From a virus: DNA of 64,000 bases. Position numbers and translations under genes: made by a program. The notes below the pieces were generated by a model that had not been told where the DNA came from, did no database searches, and worked only from the letters and a program-made list of their open reading frames with translations. The stretch covers positions 1 through 64,000 of the IMG/VR virus record IMGVR_UViG_3300030503_000566; one strand, given 5' to 3'. This document shows positions 29,614-37,396 of the stretch, one piece after another. How positions within the stretch are numbered: the first letter of the stretch is position 1; the number at the start of each line of letters is the position of its first letter.

Positions 29614-30777
29614 TTAAATATGGAGTTTTTCTATTTCTTCTTTAGCTTTTATAGAGTCCTTTGGATTTCTTATACATATCTCCTGTATAGTGGCTATAGG
29701 GAGGGAGAAGTTACCTGCAAAGGTAGCATTTTCCTCATAAAATAAATCAAAATATGCTTTTATTTCTCTGTTGGTAGAGTAGGGGATTTCTTCTCTAATA
29801 TCTACTCTACCATCTCTTAATAATGCAGGATCAAGCTTCTCTATATGATTGGTTGTCATCATTATAACAGCACCATGCCTGCTAAAAGGACCATCTATAC
29901 AGTTTAATAATCCCCCCAATGGTACGAAAGGCTTCTCATCCTCAAAAGCTCTATCAATGTCTTCTAATAAGAGAATCCCATTACTAGGAACTAAGGAGAA
30001 AAGTTTCACTATTTCCTGTGCCGTTTTAACTGAAGTTAAATCAATTATATAGATATCTTTCTCCATACTTTTTGCTACAGATAAACAAAGAGAAGTCTTT
30101 CCTGTTCCCGGAGGCCCATAAAGACAATAGCATCTCTTATAAGGAATTCCTCTCTCTAGATACCATTTCTCCTGAGATTCAAACATTTCTAAATCCTCAA
30201 GAATTTTAGTACCTTTATCTTCAGGATACACCAAAGTTTTAATGTCCTTAGGGAACACCTCTACCCTCTCACTCATAAAATCACTATAGGTATCCTTAGT
30301 ACTAAACACACCCACTGCTCCTTTTTTTCTGTTCTTTGAATATTTCTTTGCGACATAAGCTAAAAGGTTTTCGATATTCCTTTTTGCTTTGTAACCTCTG
30401 ATAGTTATTGTATGAAATGAAAAACCAAAGTCGGTTACCCTCTGGAGTTCTTTTTCTGCACTTGTAATAAACAACCTTTTACCCTCATATCTTATGCTGA
30501 AGAAGTCATTATTCTGCTTATAAGTCAGCTTAGGAACTGTAGCATATTTCTCTAGTTTTGCCGAAACATTATTAAATTTATTACTATAGTTCTCCTGCAA
30601 CCACCTTGAAAAGCTATCATATATTAGGTTTTCTTCAGACAAAACCACTCTATATACAAATTTTGCTTTTATTTTAGAGAGAAGGGTGAAGTGTAGGCTC
30701 TTCAATTGTGAAATTGCAGTAGCTCCAACCGAACCTATAAGTAAAAGAGCATATGGATTACTTAATATTTGATGCAT
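29614..30777 (-). CDS. BCS1-like AAA+ ATPase with N-terminal membrane anchor
   Basis: N-terminal TM; WYLERGIPYKR..LYGPPGTGKTS, LLEDID, TTNHIEKLDPALLRDGRVD. Confidence 0.85.
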   Translation of the reverse strand: MHQILSNPYALLLIGSVGATAISQLKSLHFTLLSKIKAKFVYRVVLSEENLIYDSFSRWLQENYSNKFNNVSAKLEKYATVPKLTYKQNNDFFSIRYEGKRLFITSAEKELQRVTDFGFSFHTITIRGYKAKRNIENLLAYVAKKYSKNRKKGAVGVFSTKDTYSDFMSERVEVFPKDIKTLVYPEDKGTKILEDLEMFESQEKWYLERGIPYKRCYCLYGPPGTGKTSLCLSVAKSMEKDIYIIDLTSVKTAQEIVKLFSLVPSNGILLLEDIDRAFEDEKPFVPLGGLLNCIDGPFSRHGAVIMMTTNHIEKLDPALLRDGRVDIREEIPYSTNREIKAYFDLFYEENATFAGNFSLPIATIQEICIRNPKDSIKAKEEIEKLHI

Positions 30778-30795
30778 CCGGCTTATATTTTAATT

Positions 30796-31302
30796 TTACT
30801 GATTATATTGAAAATCCTCAAGGTTTTTGAAATCTTGCTTCTCCCAATCTACAGGTTCCCACTTCTTAGGTTTCTTATTTGAAAGCACTCTGTTATTCCA
30901 TATCTTTAGTGAGTTAATAATACCCGGTAGGAGCTTAAGATTTGTTAACGAACTCTTATATTGAGTAATGGCATCTAATGCTTTTACACATACTATTGTG
31001 TTGGTTACATAAGAACCTTCCCAGAATCTATCTCCTTTTATCTGATATATATTATGTAGCTCACTCTGGGTAGAGGATAGAATTGCTGCCCACACTATGT
31101 TATCTTCAACTTTAAATATCAATGCTGGATGAGTGCCTAGTATATTAAACATAAACACATCACCTACCTGTAGTGTTGAAATAGTTCCTCCTACTCTTCT
31201 ACCTGTAATCTCAAAAGTCATCATCATACCCCTAACCTCTTCCGTACTCCAATTTTGCCGTGTACCTAACCTAGATAAAAACCTATTCATATTGTCTTCC
31301 AT
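30796..31302 (-). CDS. hypothetical protein, possible PemK/MazF-like fold
   Basis: VGDVF...HPALI...VWAAILSS. Confidence 0.4.
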   Translation of the reverse strand: MEDNMNRFLSRLGTRQNWSTEEVRGMMMTFEITGRRVGGTISTLQVGDVFMFNILGTHPALIFKVEDNIVWAAILSSTQSELHNIYQIKGDRFWEGSYVTNTIVCVKALDAITQYKSSLTNLKLLPGIINSLKIWNNRVLSNKKPKKWEPVDWEKQDFKNLEDFQYNQ

Positions 31303-31380
31303 GTTAATCTTTTGTTTATGTAGTTAAATAAAAGTAGGAAGTCTAGAGAGACCTCCCTTGATAGTCTTTAGACCCTGCTT

Positions 31381-31638
31381 TTAAAATTTTACATTTTTAC
31401 CTTTGAGTGGGATTTTCTTACTTACATAGTTAAAGTATGATTGTGAGGGTTGATAAGAATAATAACCATTCACAATATGTACATTACCTTTATGAGTCTT
31501 TGACATACCTTTCCTTATTATAACCTCAATAAGGGGAGTCTCATAAACTGGTTCCGAAGGTCTACCCCACCCTGAGAGAAAGGGTGGGTGTATCCTGTAA
31601 AACATTGATCTCTTTACTCTGTTAATGGATACTGACAT
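31381..31638 (-). CDS. hypothetical protein
   Basis: 85-aa ORF followed by a terminator hairpin (~31331-31381). Confidence 0.55.
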   Translation of the reverse strand: MSVSINRVKRSMFYRIHPPFLSGWGRPSEPVYETPLIEVIIRKGMSKTHKGNVHIVNGYYSYQPSQSYFNYVSKKIPLKGKNVKF

Positions 31639-31661
31639 ATGTTGGATATTTAGTTTGGTGA

Positions 31662-32108
31662 CTACTTAATACCATGAAGCTTACAAAGCTCCAAAAATCT
31701 ACTTTTGGTTATAACCCTCTCCAAAATTAATTCCCTCGAAATTATATCTCCTCCTGTTCCCCTGTAATAAGGAGTGCCTTTAGGTATTGTACACTCTATA
31801 AGTCTTATAGAATAGCCTCTATTAAAGATGCTGCTTCTATTCTTATAATGCTTTATCTTATTTAGATCAAATGAGTGCATACCTTGATCAGTCATGGAAT
31901 ATGGAGCATTTTCTAGGGGAAAATTATCATTAATATAGTGATAACCAAGCTCATACTTAAATGCAAAATGAACTGATATGAATTCCCTTCTTTTAAAAGG
32001 TGGTCCAAATGACTTATTGGCCTCTGGAACTCTCTTTAGTTTTTTATATACGGTGATATCCCCTTTTGCTATTTTTGCTATAGGGGACCCTTTTCTGTCT
32101 AAACACAT
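31662..32108 (-). CDS. conserved Bacteroidota-phage hypothetical protein
   Basis: MCL...DITVYK...GMHSF...CTIPKGTPYY.G. Confidence 0.65.
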   Translation of the reverse strand: MCLDRKGSPIAKIAKGDITVYKKLKRVPEANKSFGPPFKRREFISVHFAFKYELGYHYINDNFPLENAPYSMTDQGMHSFDLNKIKHYKNRSSIFNRGYSIRLIECTIPKGTPYYRGTGGDIISRELILERVITKSRFLELCKLHGIK

Positions 32109-32110
32109 TA

Positions 32111-32440
32111 TTAAAAGTTTAAGTTTTTAGTGAGTTGATACTCCCTCTCCCACTCTTTAACCATCTCCATAGTGAGAGGGGTACCCCCTAATGTAGCAAA
32201 CCTTGTTACGTTCCAGTAGGGCTCTATCATAGTAGTTCCTAATATAGGATGAGCTATTGGAACTTTTGGATTATTAATCTCATTAAGAAGAATACCGCTA
32301 TTTCCCTCACTGTTTTTAGCTATTATCTCTCTTACTGTATATAGGACATCTTGTAAGGGATGAGTAACCCCCCAGTGTACCCAAAAGGCTAATTGGTCGG
32401 CTGTAAACTTTGCATCTACACATATTATTTGCTCATCCAT
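32111..32440 (-). CDS. hypothetical protein
   Basis: Start placed at MDEQIICVDA, downstream of the terminator hairpin at 32452-32483. Confidence 0.65.
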   Translation of the reverse strand: MDEQIICVDAKFTADQLAFWVHWGVTHPLQDVLYTVREIIAKNSEGNSGILLNEINNPKVPIAHPILGTTMIEPYWNVTRFATLGGTPLTMEMVKEWEREYQLTKNLNF

Positions 32441-32486
32441 AATAAGTAAATTGAAAAATAGGAGGATATCAAGTCCTCCTATTGAG

Positions 32487-32840
32487 TTAAACTTTTTCGG
32501 TTTCTTCAATCTTTTTTAAATCCTCCTCATTGGGCAATTCAGGAACTTTATTCCTTATGTTACCAACGTGGGCTACAAGTGCCTCTCCAAAAGGGATAGT
32601 TCCTATACCATGAACACCAAATCCAACAATCTCTCCAATATAATGGATAATATATATATCCCCCGTCAGATGGGAGATAACAACACCTATAGTCATCATA
32701 ATAATACCTGCACCCATTCTATGATGTAAAGTGTGATCCTCACCTATTAGATGTATACAGATAATCCTTGGAATATCTATTTTCAGCAGGGTTTTTTTTC
32801 TGTTGGATTTAGTTGGGGGAGGGCGCTTGTTTTTGGTCAT
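32487..32840 (-). CDS. membrane protein
   Basis: Two hydrophobic Gly/His-rich segments. Confidence 0.65.
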   Translation of the reverse strand: MTKNKRPPPTKSNRKKTLLKIDIPRIICIHLIGEDHTLHHRMGAGIIMMTIGVVISHLTGDIYIIHYIGEIVGFGVHGIGTIPFGEALVAHVGNIRNKVPELPNEEDLKKIEETEKV

Positions 32841-32866
32841 AGTTTTGCTTTTGATGATGGTTGATT

Positions 32867-33316
32867 TTATTTATTTTTCCTACTCTCGCCGGGTTTTCCA
32901 TTAATTTCCTCTGATTCTCTGATAATCTTTTTAATAGGATCTTCCTCCACATTCCCTGCTTGGAGACCTCCCAACTCTACTTTCAAAACATTTATTTTTG
33001 GCCCCCCACTCCTACCTGTTGTGATTGCTAGATAACCTCCAAAAGCATACATAGCAAGAGCTAATTCAGTGGGGGTTTTGCATTGTTCAGATATTTCTGT
33101 AATGCAAGGAATAGCAAGGGTATATTTCCCAATCTTTTTGTCCTCGCCAGTAGCACTATCAAAAGCTTTTATAATCATCCCTGTAATTTCAGAACCTCTC
33201 TCATTAGAAATTCCAAAGAAAGAAAGTATAGAGCCCTCAAGGTCTAGAGAGTCAGGATTATATACTTTACCTATAGTGAGATCAAAACCCTCGGGAACAT
33301 TTTCAGTACCTTTCAT
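32867..33316 (-). CDS. paralogue family A member 1
   Basis: FGISNERGSEI...TPTELALAMYAFG. Confidence 0.7.
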   Translation of the reverse strand: MKGTENVPEGFDLTIGKVYNPDSLDLEGSILSFFGISNERGSEITGMIIKAFDSATGEDKKIGKYTLAIPCITEISEQCKTPTELALAMYAFGGYLAITTGRSGGPKINVLKVELGGLQAGNVEEDPIKKIIRESEEINGKPGESRKNK

Positions 33317-33322
33317 AACTGA

Positions 33323-33360
33323 TTGATTTATAGTTGATTTATAGTTGATTTATAGTTGAT
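33323..33360. repeat. 11-bp tandem repeat (TTGATTTATAG) x3.5
   Basis: Directly visible, upstream of the 33316 start. Confidence 0.9.
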
Positions 33361-33386
33361 TAATAATTCACAAATTGTAAATAAAA

Positions 33387-33558
33387 AGAGAGCCTAGCGT
33401 TAATGTCTTTATAAAATTAAGTATAATAGAGCTATCTTCGGTGTTTACGGCTGTTAACCTACCGATCCCTATGTGGATAAATATCCTCTAAGTACTTTCG
33501 AGAGTTTCTCTTATTATAGAAATTGAGTATATTGCAGGCTCACACTGCTAAGGCTCCT
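33387..33558 (-). ncRNA. candidate structured RNA A
   Basis: Closing stem GGAGCCTTAGC/GCTAGGCTCT, inner stem TATAATAAGAG/CTCTATTATA, several internal hairpins, 3' U-run. Confidence 0.4.
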
Positions 33559-33581
33559 TTACGTATCCCTACTAAGGAAGA

Positions 33582-33644
33582 TTAGAATAATACTATAACT
33601 GCTACATAAGCAGCCAGCATTACTACAATTATTAGATTCTTCAT
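33582..33644 (-). CDS. 20-aa hydrophobic peptide
   Basis: MKNLIIVVMLAAYVAVIVLF*, starting 1 nt after the upstream stop. Confidence 0.5.
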   Translation of the reverse strand: MKNLIIVVMLAAYVAVIVLF

Positions 33645-33645
33645 A

Positions 33646-34092
33646 TTAAATTACTTGTTTTTGAAGGTCGATTTGAGCAATTGTGTCCTCTGCAATATCA
33701 AAAGCTTTTAGTGAGAGGGCTACCTCTTTCTTTATAATATAACAAGGGCAAGAAAAGGCACCAAACATTAAACCTACCATACCTCCAGTAAGATATTCAG
33801 GATAAAGTTTGCTCATTTCTGTCTCTATAGGTGAGTGTATAACTATGGGGTGGACAATTCTTAAGTCCTCTTTTAGAGCTTCGAGATCTTTAGATGCGTT
33901 TAGAGCAATTTGCATTCCCTTATTAATAAACTCTTTTCGTCCGAATACCTCAATACCTTTAGAATTACCTTGGATAAAGGTTCCTGCCTCTGTGATAAAC
34001 ACAACAGAAAAGCCCTCACATGTAATACCATTGACTATTTGCTGTGATATTTCAATCTCTTCTCCGGTGTCTTCTAATATTATCTTTTTCAT
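33646..34092 (-). CDS. hypothetical protein
   Basis: Start placed at MKKII after the terminator hairpin at ~34121-34152. Confidence 0.65.
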   Translation of the reverse strand: MKKIILEDTGEEIEISQQIVNGITCEGFSVVFITEAGTFIQGNSKGIEVFGRKEFINKGMQIALNASKDLEALKEDLRIVHPIVIHSPIETEMSKLYPEYLTGGMVGLMFGAFSCPCYIIKKEVALSLKAFDIAEDTIAQIDLQKQVI

Positions 34093-34170
34093 GAATTTTT
34101 CTGTTGGATGTGCTAAAATGAAAATAGGAGGAGGGATACCGCCCTCCCCCCCATAAATCAAGCTGGTTAA

Positions 34171-34554
34171 CTAACTGTTATCATCATTGTCAGAGAGGGG
34201 ACTGAAATCTTCTCCGTCCCCCTCACCTTTTCCCAAAGAGGCTAAAAGTGAAGAGAGAGGATTTTCACCACCCTCCTGATCTTCAAAACCACTTTGGTCA
34301 TCATTCATGCCAATACCGTGGCCTATAGCCCATGCTGCAAAAAGCCTTTCACTCTCCATGGGTAGGCCTACTGCTGCATTCCACACAGCACCTTTGATAT
34401 TCTCTCCAAAACCATCAACTTTGGCACCCGCATTAATGAGGGCGACAATCTCTGTGGCACGGTCATTACTTACCCCAAGGTTCTCCCTTACATCTTCTGA
34501 GGTGGGGTTTGCGAGTGTAAATGCAGAGGCGACTGATGCTGTTGCTGTGTTCAT
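34171..34554 (-). CDS. paralogue family A member 2
   Basis: LGVSNDRATEI...ESERLFAAWAIG...NPLSSLLASLG. Confidence 0.7.
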   Translation of the reverse strand: MNTATASVASAFTLANPTSEDVRENLGVSNDRATEIVALINAGAKVDGFGENIKGAVWNAAVGLPMESERLFAAWAIGHGIGMNDDQSGFEDQEGGENPLSSLLASLGKGEGDGEDFSPLSDNDDNS

Positions 34555-34638
34555 TTTTCTGTTTTAAAATTGTTAATGAAAATTAATAAAAAAGGAAAGA
34601 TTTAATGATTTCTGCTATTTGATTACTGTAACAAAGGA

Positions 34639-34971
34639 CTAATTACCATCATCCTCCAAATCATTATCAGTAATAGCACCGCCTAAGGCTGCTGCTAATG
34701 CTGCAAGGGGGTTTTGAGAATTCTGGCGATCTGCCATAAAACAACCAAAGATAAACATGGTAAAAGCCAATTCATTGTGATTAGTAGTACTCGAAGCTAC
34801 TATTGCCATTCTCTCAGAGATATCAAATTCATCTCCCTCAGCATTTTCTTCAATAATACCGCAAAGTTCATCTCTGCGAGTATCCTCAATACCAAGGGTC
34901 TCCGCAATGTACTTTCTGTTGGGTGTTAATGTAAGGCTGATTTTTTCTCCTGTTTGAGTGTTCGTTTCCAT
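34639..34971 (-). CDS. paralogue family A member 3
   Basis: LGIEDTRRDEL...NHNELAFTMFIFG...NPLAALAAALG. Confidence 0.7.
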   Translation of the reverse strand: METNTQTGEKISLTLTPNRKYIAETLGIEDTRRDELCGIIEENAEGDEFDISERMAIVASSTTNHNELAFTMFIFGCFMADRQNSQNPLAALAAALGGAITDNDLEDDGN

Positions 34972-34998
34972 TTTACTGGTTTTTGTTTGTTATGAAAA

Positions 34999-35286
34999 TT
35001 AATCGTCTCCTAAAGTTGTCTCAACTATACCTCTCTTAAAATGCTTAGTACCAAAATAATACATGCAATAAGAGAGTTCATTTGCATTATCAGCTATTTG
35101 CTGAATACCAGCCATAATAGTGAGGTTTGTGGGATTTGGACTGAGAACTACCTCCAAATTGACAGCCTCTTCTAATTTTCTCCTTCTATGAGGGAGTATT
35201 CCTAACATAGTAGGCAAATCTGAGTTTTGATCCCCATTTGCAATGATTAAACCCAGATTCTTTCTTCTAAGCAATGTAGAGTGCAT
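34999..35286 (-). CDS. paralogue family A member 4
   Basis: LGILPHRRRKL...NANELSYCMYYFG. Confidence 0.65.
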   Translation of the reverse strand: MHSTLLRRKNLGLIIANGDQNSDLPTMLGILPHRRRKLEEAVNLEVVLSPNPTNLTIMAGIQQIADNANELSYCMYYFGTKHFKRGIVETTLGDD

Positions 35287-35297
35287 ATAGTTGGTTT

Positions 35298-36232
35298 TTA
35301 GTGTAATGTATTACTTTTACTAAAGTCAAGGATAAATCCTTCACCGTTCATTATAGGGATAAGATAGCTGTTTTTATTGTTTTTATTGTTATTAATAAGG
35401 TATCCTCGATCCTGAAGAGCTTTCTTTTCTATTAAAGTATCCTCTTTTGGGTTATAGATATTGAAGGTATCATCTATCCAACCTGTAGCAACTGTATCTC
35501 CATATTTAACATTAAGTACCGTTTGAGAAACTATTATGTACTTACTATGTTGAGATCTTTTACACTCAAATAAAAATAAAAGGCTAATAAGAAATGTTAG
35601 CGTCAAATAAAACTTTGTTGATTGCACGAAATCATTTTTTTGATGGTATATATAGGTAAGATCCTGAATAGGTTACTCCATCCCACTTAAGATCTTCGTC
35701 TATCTCCAATCCTGTTTCCGCATTAAAATCCCACTCTGGCATTTGTGAAAATTCAGGAACATTAAGAAGACCCAAGGCTTGGAGGGTTTGCCTTATCTCT
35801 TTTAAAACCTCTTCTTTTGACCTAGGGACTGATACAGTAATAATCTTATCGTCTCTTCTAATCACAATGCACTTTATTCCTACAATTCCTGCTAGGAATC
35901 TCTCGACTATATCCCCCACCTCTAATTCATCTAGCTGTTCTCTTGTCGCTTTTGTATGCATATTAAAGATATTCAGTTATAATACAAGTAGTCATAGGGA
36001 TAGTCTTTTTTATAGCTTTCCCTTGCTCATTTACTCCTGTAATTTGTAAGGTGTATTGGTAAAAGCCCTTCAGTGGGTCATATACACCCTTATCCACAGT
36101 GATCTTATCCTCATTTGGTGGAGTGATAACCTCATTTATTAGCCCACTCATGAAATCCCTCTCATCAGGATAGCTAACCTCTACTCTCTCAATAGTGTCC
36201 TGATCTTTGTAATATACATTAACATAAATCAT
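35298..36232 (-). CDS. three small hypothetical genes (35298-35627 with signal-like leader, 35632-35961, 35963-36232)
   Basis: Tightly packed co-directional ORFs. Confidence 0.6.
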
Positions 36233-36243
36233 AATTATGAATT

Positions 36244-36558
36244 TTACAGTCCAAATATATCTCTAAAAGCATCTGAGGTGTAATTTACCTTTGCCTTGGC
36301 TAGCTGTATAGCACTTATGACTACTGTTGATATGACATAGCTAATAAAACACAATTCTTCAGGTGTTTCGGGGGAAGCCTTTTTTATAAATTCTATTAAT
36401 ATATCTCCACTGTTAAGTTTATCCCCTTTCTTTGCATTATTAACAAAAGCGGCTGCTGCTTCAGCAATCTTATCAGTAAGTTCTGTATATCTTTCATCAG
36501 ATAATCCGAGAGTTAAATACATATTTGATTGTCCTTTATTTAATGTGAGATTTATCAT
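36244..36558 (-). CDS. paralogue family A member 5
   Basis: LGLSDERYTEL...TPEELCFISYVI. Confidence 0.7.
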   Translation of the reverse strand: MINLTLNKGQSNMYLTLGLSDERYTELTDKIAEAAAAFVNNAKKGDKLNSGDILIEFIKKASPETPEELCFISYVISTVVISAIQLAKAKVNYTSDAFRDIFGL

Positions 36559-36669
36559 TTTGTTACTTTATACGTTAAAAATAAAAATGGGGGTAGTAGT
36601 TTTACCTACTTTCCCCCCTAACACCTAACAAGCTCCTGAAAGGCACCCACCCATAAGAGAGCTATAATC

Positions 36670-36999
36670 TTAACAGTTTTCGTTAATTCTTTTGAGTTTT
36701 AGCTTTACTATAGGTATACCAATGAGGCTTACTTTTGCTTCTTCTGATATTCTATTAATATCCTCTATACTATACGATTTTTTCCAAGGCTTTAGATTTG
36801 GACCAACTTCCCCCCATCTATAGGGAATTTTATATTTCTGACCCCCCTCATCCCAAATAAAGAGAAAAGTACTCCCAACCTCGGAACGATATCCCTTCCT
36901 TTTAAGAGCCTGATATAGAGGACATTGCTCAGAACCATAATATCCATGATTAGCATCCCTAAAATCCTCAGGTGTTATAGTTACCTTAATTGATGACAT
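36670..36999 (-). CDS. hypothetical protein
   Basis: IKVTITPEDF...CPLYQALKR. Confidence 0.65.
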   Translation of the reverse strand: MSSIKVTITPEDFRDANHGYYGSEQCPLYQALKRKGYRSEVGSTFLFIWDEGGQKYKIPYRWGEVGPNLKPWKKSYSIEDINRISEEAKVSLIGIPIVKLKLKRINENC

Positions 37000-37010
37000 A
37001 AATTAATATT

Positions 37011-37391
37011 TTAAAACTTTCCAGTTAATGAGTACTCCATAATAGTATGATCCTCAGGATCACACTCAGCAGGTTCAAGTTTCAGGTGAAGTTCAAACAC
37101 TCCTGTACCATGATTCTCTGCTGCTTGGAGGAGGGCTTTTGCTGCTACTTGGCACATTATTTCACAGGAACCAACATGGTTTTGGAGAGCATCAGTAACA
37201 ACAGCTTTTATCTCTTTATTATCAAGGATAAAGCCATCTTTGTCCATATTACTCTCCAAGCATACTATAGATGCAGAGTATTTATACTTCTTCCATCCTC
37301 TATCCCAACATTGGGTGTCAGAAGTATGCTCAATATCTACCTTCCCCAAACGGGTGATTTTTAGAAACATGATACTTGTTTTAGTTGTCAA
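37011..37391 (-). CDS. divergent QueD/6-pyruvoyl-tetrahydropterin synthase-like (T-fold) protein
   Basis: QC...G...Y.Y...I...MDKDGFILD..EIK...SCE pattern; lacks the HGH zinc ligands. Confidence 0.4.
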   Translation of the reverse strand: MTTKTSIMFLKITRLGKVDIEHTSDTQCWDRGWKKYKYSASIVCLESNMDKDGFILDNKEIKAVVTDALQNHVGSCEIMCQVAAKALLQAAENHGTGVFELHLKLEPAECDPEDHTIMEYSLTGKF

Positions 37392-37396
37392 TAATA

